From the human T2T-CHM13v2.0 reference genome, Homo sapiens: DNA of 64,000 nt. The first letter of the stretch is position 1; every line of letters begins with the position of its first letter. The stretch is from NCBI RefSeq assembly GCF_009914755.1, contig NC_060929.1; one strand, written 5' to 3'. A program made the position numbers and the translations under genes. Shown here in pieces: positions 14,663 to 31,049 of the stretch. The notes beneath the pieces were generated by a model that was not told the DNA's origin, ran no database searches, and saw only the letters and a program-made list of their open reading frames with translations.

Positions 14663-15652
14663 ACAAGCTTTGAAATCAAATAATACAACAATAACAAAGT
14701 TCAGGTTTGGACTGACTGAGCCTAAAGTATCTGTGAGGCATCTTCCTCCCCTGACACCCTCTGCTACCACACAGACCCCGGGAGCACAGGAGGTATGCAT
14801 GGTTCAGAACAGGGCCTGGAAGCTCACACAGGTCCAGTCAGTATTTGTTGATGGAGGCTGAATTCATAAGCCCATGGACTGTATGTATCTGGAGAGCAGA
14901 AGGGTCTGGATTAGCAGCAGAGATCTGAGAGGCATTCAAGGGAAAGTCAAAGGGAGAGCTCTGGGTGAATAGAAAATAACCAGATAGGATTCATCCTTTA
15001 TTGATGAAAGTGCTGGATGACAGTTTTATCATTTCAACAACCCAAGCTGAGACTTTAAGAAAAATATGAACTTTTGCTCTTTGAAATGGATTAATTGGCC
15101 ATACAATATAACCTTGCAAAAACACAGAAAATACCCCATCGAGACTAAAACATGTCAAGGAAAAAGACTTTTGGAGAGCTATAGATGTAATAATATAATT
15201 ACAAATACTTATAATAACAATTATATACTACATATTTATTACATTTGTTATAATATCACATATTATGTTATATTGTAAATATATTTATAGAAATAAAACT
15301 GGGCAAAATGTCTTTGGAAAATCAAGTGCACTAGAACCACAGCCCACCATGAGTACTCAAAAATTTAAAAACTGTGTCTAAGTTTAGGCAGGCTGAGGAG
15401 GTTGTTAAGGATTCACAACAGATCTCAAAACTTTGGATGGCTTCTGTGCAAACACCCATCCAGGTCTGATGGCTGCTGATACAATGACATGCTCCAGTGT
15501 ATGGCACACTATATAGTGTCCAGGGAAGACTGCAAAGTATTTCTATACCTATTTTTTTAAGTACAGTGCATTGTACTACATACAGAATTAAATATTGTTA
15601 AATTATGCAGGAAAATCCTTTAGGTACATAATGCCATTTGATTGTATCTTTT

Positions 15653-15955
<303 letters not shown>

Positions 15956-16614
15956 TTGATTGCATCTTTTAAGCTGCGATCGGATGACCCTGTTACACAA
16001 GATCTTCATTTATTATTAATCTTACATCTATTTCCTAGCACCTATATAACATAACTGTCCTGAATGCCAGCATGTCACCAACAAGACAAAGCTCTTGCCA
16101 TTGGGAAAATACAACCTAAACAAAATTATTATCACTGAGGAAGAAAGAAAATATTGGTCTAGCAATAAGAATGTTATCCCTCGGCATTTCTCAGGGAGTT
16201 AGTCACCAGATGGGAAATCCAGCCCATGGCGAACTCCTTCTTAGTGGTCATTCACCCCAAGAATTTCCCTGGGACTTTGCTCTGTCATGTAATTAATCAC
16301 ACACTAGGCCTGCAATCTGATGTTCACTTTAGCTTTATTTACAAGAGTAAGATCAAAGGAAAAACAACAAAAAAAGAGAGAGACAAAGATGGGGGGAAGG
16401 GAGGAGAGGAAGTGGGCAGAAAGAAGGAAACAGAAAGAAAGAAAACAGAAAGAAAAGATGTCACTATAAAGGGCCAACATCTGGGGAAATGGGCAGACAA
16501 ACTATATTACGTTCACATGACAGAAACTATATGGCTGCCAAAATTTTCTTTTCAAAAAACTTAATATAGGGAAATCCTTCTACTAAATGTTAAATTTTTA
16601 AAAGCAAAATTTAA

Positions 16615-17059
<445 letters not shown>

Positions 17060-17217
17060 TGTCTTCCTGTATTTATTATCCTGTAGTGCTCTCCAAACAA
17101 GCATGCTTTATTTTAAAAAGTAAAATAACAAATGCTACATTTAAAAAATACATCTGATTATCTTTTGTGGTTTTTAAATACATGTAAAGTACTCAACCAA
17201 GATTAAAAAGTGTGAGG

Positions 17218-17836
17218 TGTTGGGGCTCAGAAACCAATACACCAAAATATGGGGTTTTGACACATGCTGAACTGAAGCAGGCCCCTCTGACCATTCGCCC
17301 CACCCCCACTGTCTCTCCCAAATTGTAGGATAAAGTTGTTCTCTGAAGTTTCCCTTTCTGCCTGTAGTCCAGATCCCCCGAAGAAGAAAACAATGTCCTC
17401 CGGTTGGTCCCTTCCCTGAGTTTTCACTAACCGTACTCCCGTCAGAGGAAAGAAGATTAAAGTCTGTCAACAAACCTGGACAGACTTTTGTCACAAACCA
17501 TTTTCTGCTCCGCGGGCCCAAGAGGCTTTGTTCAAAGCCACTGTATGTTCTGTGAGCCTGTGGAATCCTCCCTTGTCATCACTGATTACCCCTCAGCTGA
17601 AATCTTCATTTCCCTTTCCCATAACCTGTTTTGCCAGGATCCAAGCCTCCATTCTTTCTGTAACCTCAAGACATTGTATAAGCTTCTGCACCCCATGAGG
17701 GGGTGAGTCTTCATTCTGAAGGCTCTGTGTATACACATTAAATAAATGTGCCTGCCTTTTCTCCAATTAACCTGCTTTTGCAAGTTGATATTTCAGCAAA
17801 CTTACAGAGGACCAAGGGGAATCCTTGGACTTTACA
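17218..17836 (+). mobile_element. Solo LTR, ERV1 MER34/MER39-like
   Basis: Starts TGTTGGGGCTCAGAAACCAATAC, ends ...TTTACA; AATAAA near 17742. Confidence 0.7.
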
Positions 17837-19097
17837 GGTATTTCCTTGATGGACAGCAAAAAGATAACTTGAGTTATTAATATATAATTCAAACATATGT
17901 CCTAACGCATATGACATATTCTAATTAGGAATCACTAACATATACTTTGTAAATAGGATCCATAGAACCCATGCGATTTGACATAGTGTGTCTATTTAGA
18001 GTCTAGTATATTTCATCATCTCAGAATCGAGCATGTTAAGACAGAATAACAGTAATATCACCAAAAATGAGTTTTAGAAATATAAATATCCTCAGCACTC
18101 CCCCCCTCAATATTTTATTGGTGGTCTTGTTATTTATAGTGAACTACTATCATGTAACAAAAGCCACCAATGAAAAAGGAATACATGGATGTTGTTATCT
18201 TCTCAGGAAAGGTTTTCAGGTAAGGCTGGCGTCTACACTGCAGTTTTATTTCATGACCTCCTCATCCCTGTCTGGGTGAGACAGCCCCATAGGAGCTGGT
18301 AGACTTGATGGATTATCGAGGCTGAATAGAAGGGCCGGATAATGCAGCTCTGTGTGCTTGGTCAAAGACTCCAGGATCACAGCTTAGACCCTCTTTTTCT
18401 GCTCTCTTTTTGTCATCCTATCTCCCGTGGCCTCCAAAGTGTCCCCAGCACCTCTAGCTTATTCCCCAGGGACCTCCACGGGCCATGCACAGAACAGGGC
18501 AGAAATGCTGGTCTGATGATGGTGTGTTTCCCAGTGCCATTCCAGAGCTGCCAGCTTTATCTCGCACCCTCTCTAAAGCTTCCCCCAATCCCAGAAGCCC
18601 ACACACATGCTTTGTAAAAGCGACTGTCTGCAGCTAGGCACACCAGGGCGGGAATGGAGCAGTGGGAACCCCTCCTGTGTTCACAGCTTTCTGCTTGGGG
18701 ACTGGCTGCTTTGGTATTGGCCAGAAATTGCCTAGTCAGAGCCAGGCCCTGGGAAGAAGTGCTAGGCAGAGACGGCCCCGACCATCACGGCATCAGCACC
18801 ATTTTCATCTGCTAATACAAGGCATTTAAAGGCTCCAGAGAACTCACCTGCTTCAAGAAGCTTTTCCAGGATCACTCTCAATGGAGGACCTCGATTCTTG
18901 CCCATTTACTGACTTTTATCAACTCTATGGCTCTACTCTGACCTGGCTAGCTCACTCACTCCATCTATCTTCCTAGCTACCTACCTATCATCTATCTACC
19001 TATCATTTATCCACCCTGTGACCTTTAACATTTCTGCTTATGTTTCCAAATTTATCACTATTGTAAAACTATCCAGTGGACTCCCAAAACTATGAGG

Positions 19098-19271
19098 CAG
19101 TCCTTCTCGAAGGGTGGTCCCCGGACCAGCAGTGTCAGAATTACCTGGGAACATGTCAGAAATGCAAATGTCCAGGTTCCGCCCCAGACCTACTAAATTA
19201 GAAACCCTGAGAGGGTTTAAAAATAAGCCACCCAGGTGATGCTGATTCGTGCTCGGGATTCAGAGCTATGG
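19098..19271. mobile_element. MER5A hAT-Charlie MITE
   Basis: GGTGGTCCCCGGACCAGCAG...AGAAATGCAAAT...CCCCAGACCTACT...CCAGGTGATGCTGAT. Confidence 0.8.
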
Positions 19272-20810
19272 CCGCAGGGATTTAACACCCACCAGTATCC
19301 ATTTAAATATATATATATAATCATAAGCTCTTTTTTAACAGTTGGAAAATTTATATCATTATTTTTGCTCCTTGGACTCTTCTTCCACAGATTTTTATCA
19401 CAATGTAATACATTTTTCAGGCTTGAGAGTCTTTTGTTTGTTACTCTATCACACTTCTCTGGAATAAAGTTGTATACAGAAATATTATCACTTAAAAAAA
19501 ATTTCTGTCTATAAGATACTAAATATTAAACGTTTTTTCTAGCTGTTATATATTATAATTTATGAAACATCAAAATTTTCATAAATCTTATTCAAATAAA
19601 ATATTACAAATTCATCTCCTAATAAGATGAGTGAGAATCTCTTTATTCTCAGTAGTTCACATATCCTCGGATGAAGTAATCATCTTGCTTACTGCACGAA
19701 TGAGCTGGGAGTCAGCATCATTTCTATTCTTATTTAACACTAAATGTTGAAAAACTGTGTTTGCATAAATAAGTTGATGAGAACAGAAGTTTTGTTAAAA
19801 TAGTTCTTTCCCAATTAATTGAATCTTTTCTAAACTATACAACCAAAACTGTATAGTAATCTAGCATTGGAAATTATTTTTAAAACCTAAAAACGTGACT
19901 AGAATCCTCTTCAACTTTGTTGAAAGAGAAGAACTAGAGCCTGCTTATGTGGTAACAGAATGTTACCCCGCTATTAAAAGCGTTCTTGTAATTTTTGTAA
20001 TTTCTGGAATATATATGCCCCCCAAATATTGACCAAGACTTATCAAATGACTTTCCTGAAGATGTACCTTTCTTAATATACACATTTGGGAAAATCAAAT
20101 GTTGTGATTTGTATTATTGTGTAGTGATTTTTAACTAGAATACCCATGTCTATGATGATGGCTGCACTGTAAAGCTTCTACTTAAGGGAATGGCATTGGC
20201 ACAGCCCCTAATACAGGTCATGGTCCCTGGATATGTGCAATGTGGTGGCCCTAACATGCTTTTGCCTTATCAGTTACTTAAAATATATTTTCATTAAAAT
20301 TAAGCACGCAACTCAGTTTATGGAAAATAACCTTCGTGTTGTCTAATTAGCCAAATGAGGAATCGTTGTCAGCCCAATCAAGTCAGCCTTAATTTCTGTC
20401 AGAGGGGGGGAAAAAAGTGTGACTTAATTTTGAGTTAAAAGTGTTGATACGTACCCCTTGACCAACCCTCTTGCTTCTGAATTTGTAACTGGACACAGAC
20501 ATAAACAAGCAGAAGATGCTTGCTGTGCATTGCCAACCACACGAAATAAGGGGCAACAGTTTTCATGCTAAAACCTTAGCCTCAGTTGTCCTGGGGCTCA
20601 TCCTCCTGAGCAAGGCATCCTTTACCAACAATCAGGACGTAGAAGAGAGGTCATTAAAAACAAAACAGAGCAAAGCACCCTTTCCACTACCCACTCTGAC
20701 ACAGATCTGAACACAGTCCATTCAAAAACAGGACAAAGCCCTTCTTTCTACCAGGCCTCACTCGACAAAGTGTGCGTAGCCCGGGGAGATAAACGTGGGC
20801 GTCTCTGCAC

Positions 20811-21258
20811 TGTCATGGGTTGGATGATGGTCCCCAGAAAGATATGTCCACCGCCTAATATGCAAAGCCTATGAATGTGAGTTTACTTGCAGATGTAATT
20901 AAGTTAAAGATCTCAAGATGAAATCATCCTGGATTATGCTGGGGGCCCCTCAATCCGGTCACATGTGTCCTCATAAGAGACATTCAGAGGGAGACAGATA
21001 GACAGGGAGCAGAACACAAGGCCCTGTGAAGACAGAGGCAAAGACTGAAGTGATGCAGCCTTGGGCCAAGGAATGCCTGGAGCCCCCAGAAGCCGGAAGA
21101 GGCAAGGATCCCCCATAGAACCTCCACAGGGAGTGTGACCCCGCTGGCACCTTCATTTCGGACTTCTGGCCTCCAGAACTGTGAGAGTATAAGTTTCTGT
21201 TGTTCTAAGCCACCAGGCTTGTGGTACTTTGCCTTGGCAGCCACAGGACGCAGACACA
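20811..21258 (+). mobile_element. MaLR solo LTR (MLT1C-like)
   Basis: TG...CA termini; GCAGATGTAATTAAGTTAAAGATCTCAAGATG; GACTTCTGGCCTCCAGAACTGTGAGAG. Confidence 0.85.
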
Positions 21259-22545
21259 GGCATTCAGGCTGAAGGAGGCTTGCCAAAGCCAGTCTTCCTC
21301 ACTGCATAGCATCTGCTGCTTCTCAGCTTCTTGGAAGATGCCAGATGAGCATGCCCTTATTTCATATCGTAAGGAAAGGTGATTATAAAAAGGGGATTGA
21401 GAAAGCAAAACTGGCATGAAGACTGAAGAAGTGAAGCAAAAGCATCTTCTAAAATGGCCAGGCTGGGGCTGGCCAGGTGGGGCCTGTGTTCCAGTTAAGG
21501 ACAGGCGGAACCCTTACATGCATGTTACTTGGTAAAACAAACTGAGATGTTTGATGCTTTCTTTGAGATCTGAGTTTCTGGTTCTATAAATAGGAACTTA
21601 CATGAATTTAGACTTAAAAAGAAAAAGTCCCCTAGAGTCCTTGTCCCTTAATAATGAAGCAGAGAATCAGGTCTGGGCAGATCAGATCATAATTTCCAGA
21701 AGGATAAAACAGGGATGACATATTCTCCACCCCAGACCCCTTTGCACTTTGGGTTCAAATTAGTCATCTCTTCTCCAGGGTTTGGAGTCCATGGAGTTCC
21801 ATTCTCAGCTGTCCTCTCATCCCCATGAAGAGGAGCCATGGGCTTGGCCTTGTCTCTGGGCTTGTGTCCTCATCGGGCTCCGCAGTCTGCATCTCATGCT
21901 CACTCCAGCTCCAGTGATGATCAAAGTTTGTGTTTCTCCCTTGGTTCGTGTGAAAGGACATCTGCACTCTACGTGCTTGTCAGAGCGCATCTGCAGCTCA
22001 GCACCAAGCCAGGATCACCGGCTAGTAGTTCAGAGGCCAACTATATACATAGGACTGCCTGAGGGATACAGTGCACCCTTGCTCCAGATTGGTACTTCTG
22101 AAAATGGAAGGCCACACACTTTCAGAGCCTGGTGAAGGAATGGACTTTCAACCATGTGCTACACAATCATATTTTTGTGTTCAATTTTATGGAGGTACAC
22201 AGACGCTCCCCCAACAAAGTCCATTCCTATGAATCCCAGTGGTTGTAGATATCCTCAAAGTTATCCAGACCATCAAAAAGCTGTACACCTGGTCAGAAAA
22301 TTTATTTCCCTGTTAAGATGTTCATCCCAAACTGCACTTTAGTCTCCTGCCATCTGCTTCCAGTAAGGACTCCTGAACAAAAGTGCTCTGCCCTTCCTCA
22401 CTTGCTTTGCAGTAGAACTACTGTGAATGATGTTCATCCTAATATAGGGCATTGTCTTCATGACATAATGAGAAGACCTTCTCCCAGATCTGCAGGCCTA
22501 AAAGAGCCAGGCCTCCTTGGATAAGCATTTATGTTGGCAGAGTCC

Positions 22546-22556
22546 ATGACTCAGCA
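22546..22556 (+). promoter_or_regulatory. Consensus NF-E2/NRF2-sMaf (ARE/MARE) motif with embedded AP-1 site
   Basis: ATGACTCAGCA exact match; GATAAG motifs at about 22520 and 22607; motif only, no functional data. Confidence 0.35.
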
Positions 22557-22833
22557 TGATATCCTTTATGTGATGCGGAGCTGGATTTGCTGATCTCCTC
22601 TTTGTAGATAAGCCTCGTCCTGGCCATATCTTTTTTTTCCCTCAACCCTGATTTCCTCACTTATTTCTTTAAAAATTTATTCACCAAGGAAGATGACAAT
22701 ATCTGGGGCACATGCTGAAGGCGGCTCATTTGGTTTATCTCTCTCTATGGAGTTTTCCTCTCTCTTTTCCTCCTGCTCCTCTCCTCTCCCATCAGACACT
22801 TCCACCCAGCCATTTCCAAAAGAAGAGCTTTCA

Positions 22834-23366
<533 letters not shown>

Positions 23367-24774
23367 AAATTTGGTCTCTTGCAGACATTTGCAAAAGCTT
23401 CCTCAAGTCTGTTTTTTTTTTTAAATAAAGAGGCATAATAATAATAAACAGACAAATACATTTCTTAAATTTCTATTATCTGTATCCCTTGTCCAGTAAT
23501 AATACCATGATCTCTGTCTTGATGCTTTCTGTCCCCAGAGTAAGACTGCCGACTACGTTGCCTTTTAAAAAAATAGGTATATCACACAGCTGCAGTTAAC
23601 TGACGCTTGGTCAGTTAGACTGGTTTTTATACAGTGTTGGTTGTTACATAGCAGTTTAAATAATATGGCCAGTTGTTATGCTCAACAACAATTTAGAATG
23701 CAATACATTTCAATAGAATTAAACTGGCTATTATAACGCAATAACCCTCACCTCCAGGTGTATCTTCAAAGAAATTACAAAAGTAAATTGAGAAGAACGA
23801 GCTTTTTAGTTTTTCCCCTGAGAGATATCCAATTTTAACAAAGCTATTACTGGTCTAGTGTTATCACATGGAAAACTGATTCTTAGTAATTCACAAACGA
23901 AGGTTTGTAACTAATTAGGTCCCCTTTGCCAAAATTAAGACACAAACCAATTACAAAATTGACACTTTTAAGTGTAGCATCAAAAATGTTTGCAGCTGTT
24001 GGCAATAAGAAAGCAGACGACAAATTGTAACAATGAAAAAAAACAAAATCAAACACATTTTAATGCATGAAAATGTGGAGGAAGTTAATAAGAGATCAAA
24101 GGGAAATGATTTTCCGTAGTTACAAATCAAACAAGACATAAACCAAAAATGACTTATTGTCTTTAGCTTAGGAGCCACCAAATCAGAGCCCTGAAAAACA
24201 TGTTTTTGTACACAAAAAAGTAAAAGAATAAGAAAATGGGATTTTGTTACCCTACTTACAAAACAAAGATTTTCTTAATTTGGGCTTCAATCATTTTAAT
24301 AGGTGCCATTTTGTGTTTGAAGTATATTTCCTCCTTTCGTGGCCCATCAATCTGTGAGAGAAAAATGTCAAAGGACCATTTTCTTTCTAATGAGTTTCTA
24401 TGTCTGTTCTTAATTGTAGATCTTTCATGTTACCTTATTTTAAATCTACCGTAACTCATGATATATTTTGCCAATAACTTATGTCAGTTATAACATAAAC
24501 ATTGAGGAGTTTGGTATGAAAAAATTAATAACTGTTGAAACAATTCCTCTCAATTTCTTTTTATCAAATTGCTTAGTTCAATTTTGATCATTAATATCCC
24601 ATGGGGGTCATTGCACAGAGTTGCCTCTTTCTGTAGAATTCACCAGTGTTTTAATTTTTATCATTTTATTTCACTATTAAAGGATTTTTCTCAAATCCAT
24701 GATATCATTCAGTGTTTTATTCTTGAGCTCTAGGAGTAGGTTAAACGATATGTAAAATCCTTTCTCCTTCCAGT

Positions 24775-24985
24775 TCATGGTGCTGATTCTAGCATTAACC
24801 ACCTGGGTCAAATCCCAAGGGCACTGTTTACCTGCTGTGGGACTTAGGGCGGTTACGCACCAGTACATGACTTCTATCTAAAAAGGAAGGAAGAATGTTA
24901 CTGATCTCACAGAGCAGATTAAAACAATTCAATCACTCATGCCTAGTCCATGGGAAGCTCCTAACAAAATCACTGCTATCATTGC
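24775..24985 (+). mobile_element. MIR fragment
   Basis: CCTGGGTCAAATCCC...CTGTGGGACTTAGGGCGGTTAC resembles MIR. Confidence 0.55.
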
Positions 24986-26068
24986 TGTTCTGACTATAAT
25001 TAGTAATAACATGATTACTGTTTTTGTAGTTTTAGTTGTCATCTTGCTGTAGTCCTGAGAAAGCCTCAATTCCCTTCTCAATAAAATAATGTTGAAGATT
25101 CAGGGAAACTTTAAAATTTATAATGAAACGAACAAAAAAATCTTGGATGAAGTCCAAGTTACATTTCTATTTTTGGCCTGTGGAAGAAGTTTGCACCAAC
25201 TCTCGGTAGATGGAACTGGGTTGAGATAAATTTAGGTAAATAAAGGTTGGACGACCTTTGATGTTCCCTACAGAATCCACTAGAAAGGGTGAGGCAAGAT
25301 GGGCCTAGATGCTGCATTTTGAAGATCTGAAGATGGACAAACCTTCCTCTGATCATTTAAAAAGCGGCTTGGGTGCACTGGGGGTGGGAGTATGGCTGCA
25401 TAGAGTCCAGAGACCCAAACTTGGAGAATTGCCAGGTCTCCACGACTCTACCCCTGAGGATGGCCTCTGGAAGGAAAAAGACCACAACCAAACACTGAGA
25501 AAGTACTAGGGGACGTCATCTGGAGACCTCAGCTAGGTTACATGCCTCAGTCAGAAATTAACCACGGCAACTGGAGCCTGACTCTGAATGGAGCCTGAGA
25601 GGCAGGAGAAGAGGCAGCCAGAAGCCATGAGAAGCATGGAGGGAAAGGCTTCTGGAGAAGTGAAGAGACGATACATAAAATTTGTTTTTAATGTGTGATA
25701 AAAACATTTTATAAAGTGATGAGCTGCATTAGGGTGGGAAATAAAGTAAATTATATGGTGGATGAATTCAAGTGTGCTACTGGCTGTGCAGAAGAAAAGA
25801 CAGGCAAGACAGAAAATAATAACCTAATGAATAACCTGTTTGGAAAGTTTCAGATTGTATAACAAAGCCAGAGGGAGAGTAAAACATTTGCAGTTTCTCC
25901 TATGACCCGGTAGAGTCAATATTCAAAAAAAAATTTTAGTATTACCTTTAAAAATAAGAGGTTAAACAATTTTTGAAAAAACTTAAAACTGATAAAATAT
26001 TTGACATGACCACTGGCTCAAAATGAAATCAAAACCATAGTTATAAGGTATAAATATATTAAACATGA

Positions 26069-26412
<344 letters not shown>

Positions 26413-26522
26413 TAAAGCATATAGCCAAGTATGTAATCAGAGGGACATTCATGCTTTAAATGCTTTCATTACAGATGAGATGAAACAAAGTGAACTAAAC
26501 AAACTACTAAAGAAATTCGCAA

Positions 26523-26941
<419 letters not shown>

Positions 26942-29900
26942 CTAAATCTGAAAGACACCTTTTTTGTTTAAAAAAAAAGACAACCTCTTGAAACAAAAAA
27001 AGACAAACAAAAATTTTAAAAATCAGGAAAAAGAAAAAAGGAAATTGTCCTCAAAAATACAAAATTTTGTTCACGTTCAAAATACTGCATCTGATATCTA
27101 GGCTTTAGAGGTAGATCATTTTATAGATGAGTTCTTTGAACCTCCAAAGAAAGAATTAGTTCATATAATAGATAAATTATTCAGGGCATTAAAAAAAATA
27201 GAACCAAGTTACCCAGTTCATTTTATCAAGCTAGTAAAGGCACATTAGGCCAAAGAGTGACAAATACAACACAGAATAAATTAAAGTTCAAGTCCAATTT
27301 CACTTGGAAATACAGATGTTGAACACAATTCAACTATTCATGAAAAAATAATCTGCCCCATAAAGAATTATTGATCCTATTAATGCAAGACTAGTTTAGT
27401 ATGAGAAGATAGATATTTTTGTATGTTTAGAGATCCAATATGAAAAACTAAGAATCCTTCTATTTGCCAAAAAATGTTCAAAGAATTTCAAAACTATTTG
27501 CTATATTTTAAAAGTGCAATAACAAATAGAATACTTTATAGACATCATTTTACAAATCTCACACCAGCAGCTATTATGCTTAATTTTAAAATGTTAAAGA
27601 CATTCTGGTTAAAATCAGGAATAAAATAATCATTGTTATTATTTTATATAATTCTAGTTTACACAGTAAGATGTGGAAATAAAGAAAAAAATCACTAAGA
27701 AGGTTAAGATCAAAGTTATTAGCAACTGCAGAAAAAAAAAAGATTTTAAAATCCAGGAAAATTATTTAAAAAATTTCTGAGCATTAGGAAGAAAATTCAA
27801 TAAAGCAACAAGAAGAAAACATCAGTCTCTACCTCACCAATATAAAAAATCCTTAACAGGTGGGGATATTTTCACAAACATTAGTAATATAAAGCACTAA
27901 GGAATAAATTCATTTTTTAAAAAACCATTTTATTATGAAAAATAAGGAACAAAAGGCTATGTTCTCAGACTGGAACCTGTTGAATATTTTAATATGTCCA
28001 TTTTCCTCAGTGAATATGTAGTTCTAATGGAATTCTAATCTAAACCCCAATGTATTTTTTCCTGGAACTTCAAAAATATGACTCAAAAACCAAAAGAATG
28101 AGATTGTACAAATGGCTTAGGTATTTTGTATTAATAGTTTTCAAGTGGATTATTTATGTTTGATCACTACAGCAGTATCATAAAATAACTCGCGTGACAT
28201 TCTCAAATGTTGTCAACATGATGTCAAAGTTGGCATCCCAAAATTCCTGAGCGATATTTTTCAATGGTTGTACAGAAAGCATCTTTCTGTTAAAGTTGTC
28301 GTGTTTTATCTTGTTTTTAACAAAGCTGAGACAAATTTTCCCACTGACTTTCACTCACAGTTCAAAAATGTGCTCTTACAGGAAAACCTAAAAGAGGGGA
28401 AGGGAAATAGCCTCCAGACACATAAACACACCCGAGAAGTCAGATGAATTCTATTTAACAACAACAAACAAATTCCTAAGTATTATACTCTATAAAGGCA
28501 GAGTGTCCTGGAAATGCCATCTGGTGCCGTGCAATCTGGATTCCTGTGAGTGCCAGGGACAAGTGGCTGAACCGCAATGAGATACGGCCAAACACCAGAA
28601 ACTTCACGAAAGAATATTATCTTGTAAATGTGTTCAGAGAAAATAATTTTGTCCATGCTGTTTCTGTGTGTGTGTTTTAGATTAATCTTTCCCAATATTT
28701 TATACAGCATATAAAGCACATAGCGTATCAAGTATATAAAGTATATATATTGAAAATGGAGTGGCATCCTGTTTCTGTTTTTACAATAAAGGAGACACTT
28801 CTTGAGAACTAAGCTCAAAACAGTTCCTGGCTCACTCAGAGTCCTTAGTACTTAACTGTAGGAATTTCAAAATGATGAATGTCAGATGGTACAATACAGA
28901 AGAATAGAGGTAAATTGTGAAGTCAGAGAGAATGAATCCAGATGCAAGAACATCAATTCGTTCTCACAGTTGCCTGCAAACTATGGACTAAACACAATGA
29001 TTAGAATATCTATTTCATGTAAACATGCTAAATAATCGAACATGTAAGTTCAATCAGAGATGCAATTAACTCTGCACACCAAAAATCAAAGTGATGAAGC
29101 TGAGCATTCGCGAATTGAATCAGTTCCCTTCGACGCTTTCATGCTCCCATTAATATGTAGCTGATGCCACTTTCTGACTTCGAAGGACGATTTATTCTTC
29201 TGAGGATGATTTATATGAGTTGAAATGATACACTTCTATTTTATTACTTGTGCCTACTGACCTTGAGCCACTACCAAGTCACAGAGATTCACATCAAAAG
29301 CCAAAGTCAGATTCTGTCACCAAAACTCATGGTCTCAGGGATTCTGTGATTTTTTTTTTCTGGCATCTAAACTCTGTCTATAAACACACTGTCCTTGTGG
29401 ACTGTAATTACTCATAGAAGGACCAAGTGCTGCTTTCATGAAGTCTCTGATGTTTGCCATATCTCTGGACAGTCGTGATAGGAACCTGATGAGTTGAAAG
29501 CTGACTGTCCGTCAGCCACCTTGCCTTTCTTCTTTCTACAAGCCTATATTATTTTAATTGCAGTATGCTGCTGCTGATTCTTAACTACTTTGCCCTCTAC
29601 AAAGACATTATTAGCTAAAGCCCTGTAGCATCTTTGAAGTAATGATTCATTTTTTTCTTAAATCAACATAAAGTTAGCGGACTCCCTGGGGCATTCTCAG
29701 CCCAAGGAAGAATCACAAGTATGCATCCCTGACAAAAAAGAAGCAAGTCTGTTTTTTCCCAAAGTTCTTCAGAAAAAAAGTATCCCATAATTTATCAGGT
29801 AATGCATTCCAGTGTCTTTATTAACTCAAAAAAAAAATCTGGTGTTTAACCTTATGCCAATGTGTGAAAAACAGAACTTCACTATACCTTACACAAACAA

Positions 29901-30384
29901 AGCTAATCCATAGAATCCTGAACACAATGAGGCATTTCCTCATCCATTCCACCACTGTCTTTTCATCAGGATTCTGAGTAAGTTGATTTTTTAAAAATGA
30001 CCCTGATTCAGTATCCAGCTTAGGGTTCCTAACATTGAAATGGAATCATTCATCAAGGTCACAATTATGAAATAATGAGGTTTCCAGACTAGAATCTATG
30101 TGTTTACCTAGTTTCGTTATAGGCCCAATTTAACAAGTAATACGAATTGTGATCTTAGGTAATGTAGACTTCTATTACAGACCAGCCATAGATTCACGGA
30201 AAATATACATGCTACCCTGGAGGTGCCCTTCACTATCCTTGCACCCATTTTCTATTTTCCACCCATGCACCCCATTTTCCACCCATGCACTTGGCCAGGA
30301 AGCAGCAGAAAAGAGAGATTAGGAAGGCCTTTCTCAGGAACTCAAATCTATATCGCATGATCACTCAGGAGCGTTGGGATATAA

Positions 30385-30795
30385 TGCGCTTGCTTGCTAG
30401 GACACCCGTAACAAAGTACCACAGATGGAGTGGCTTAAATTACAGCATTTTGTTTGATCACAGTCCTGGAGGCTAGAAACCCAAGATCAAGGTGTCAGCA
30501 GGATCAGTTTTCTCTGTTTTCTCTGTGGACTCTCTCCTTGGCCTGTAGATGACCGTCTTCTCTCTGTCTTCATGTGGCTTCTTTCTGTGCATGTCTCTGT
30601 CCTCATCTCCTCTTCTTATCAGGATGCCGGTCATGTTAGATTTAAGACCCATCCTAATAACCTCATTCTTAACTGAATTACCTCTTTAAAGACCCTGTTT
30701 CCAAATACAGTCACATTCTGAGGTTATGGGAGTTAGGACTGCAACATATCAATTGTGTGCAAGTGAAGTGTGGGGACACAATTTAGTTCATAGCA
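30385..30795 (-). mobile_element. MaLR solo LTR (MLT1A/B-like)
   Basis: CACAGTCCTGGAGGCTAGAAACCCAAGATCAAGGTGTCAGCAGG; CCAAATACAGTCACATTCTGAGG. Confidence 0.85.
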
Positions 30796-31011
30796 TAGAG
30801 AAAGCATCAGCATTGCAGCAACATTTCTCAAAAAAATGATGGAGTTGTTCAACACTCCTGACACAGGTGAACCCCGCTGGCAAATTAGTTTCTCAAAAGC
30901 GGAAGTGGGCAGAACAAATTATATTTCCTTATGTGTGTGTGTGGAGAAGGGGAGACAAGGGATTCATGCTGAACAAGATTATTATTTCATTAGCAACATG
31001 GCAGACACGCA

Positions 31012-31012
<1 letters not shown>

Positions 31013-31047
<35 letters not shown>
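31013..31047. repeat. (AC)17 microsatellite
   Basis: Perfect dinucleotide run. Confidence 0.97.

Positions 31048-31049
<2 letters not shown>

Noticed and set aside
19834-19857. 8-bp stem ACTATACA/TGTATAGT
   Set aside because: Short AT-rich stems of this size are expected by chance in 64 kb
20150-20255. Possible MER91-like DNA transposon remnant
   Set aside because: Similarity limited to a short terminal word; not supportable without a profile search
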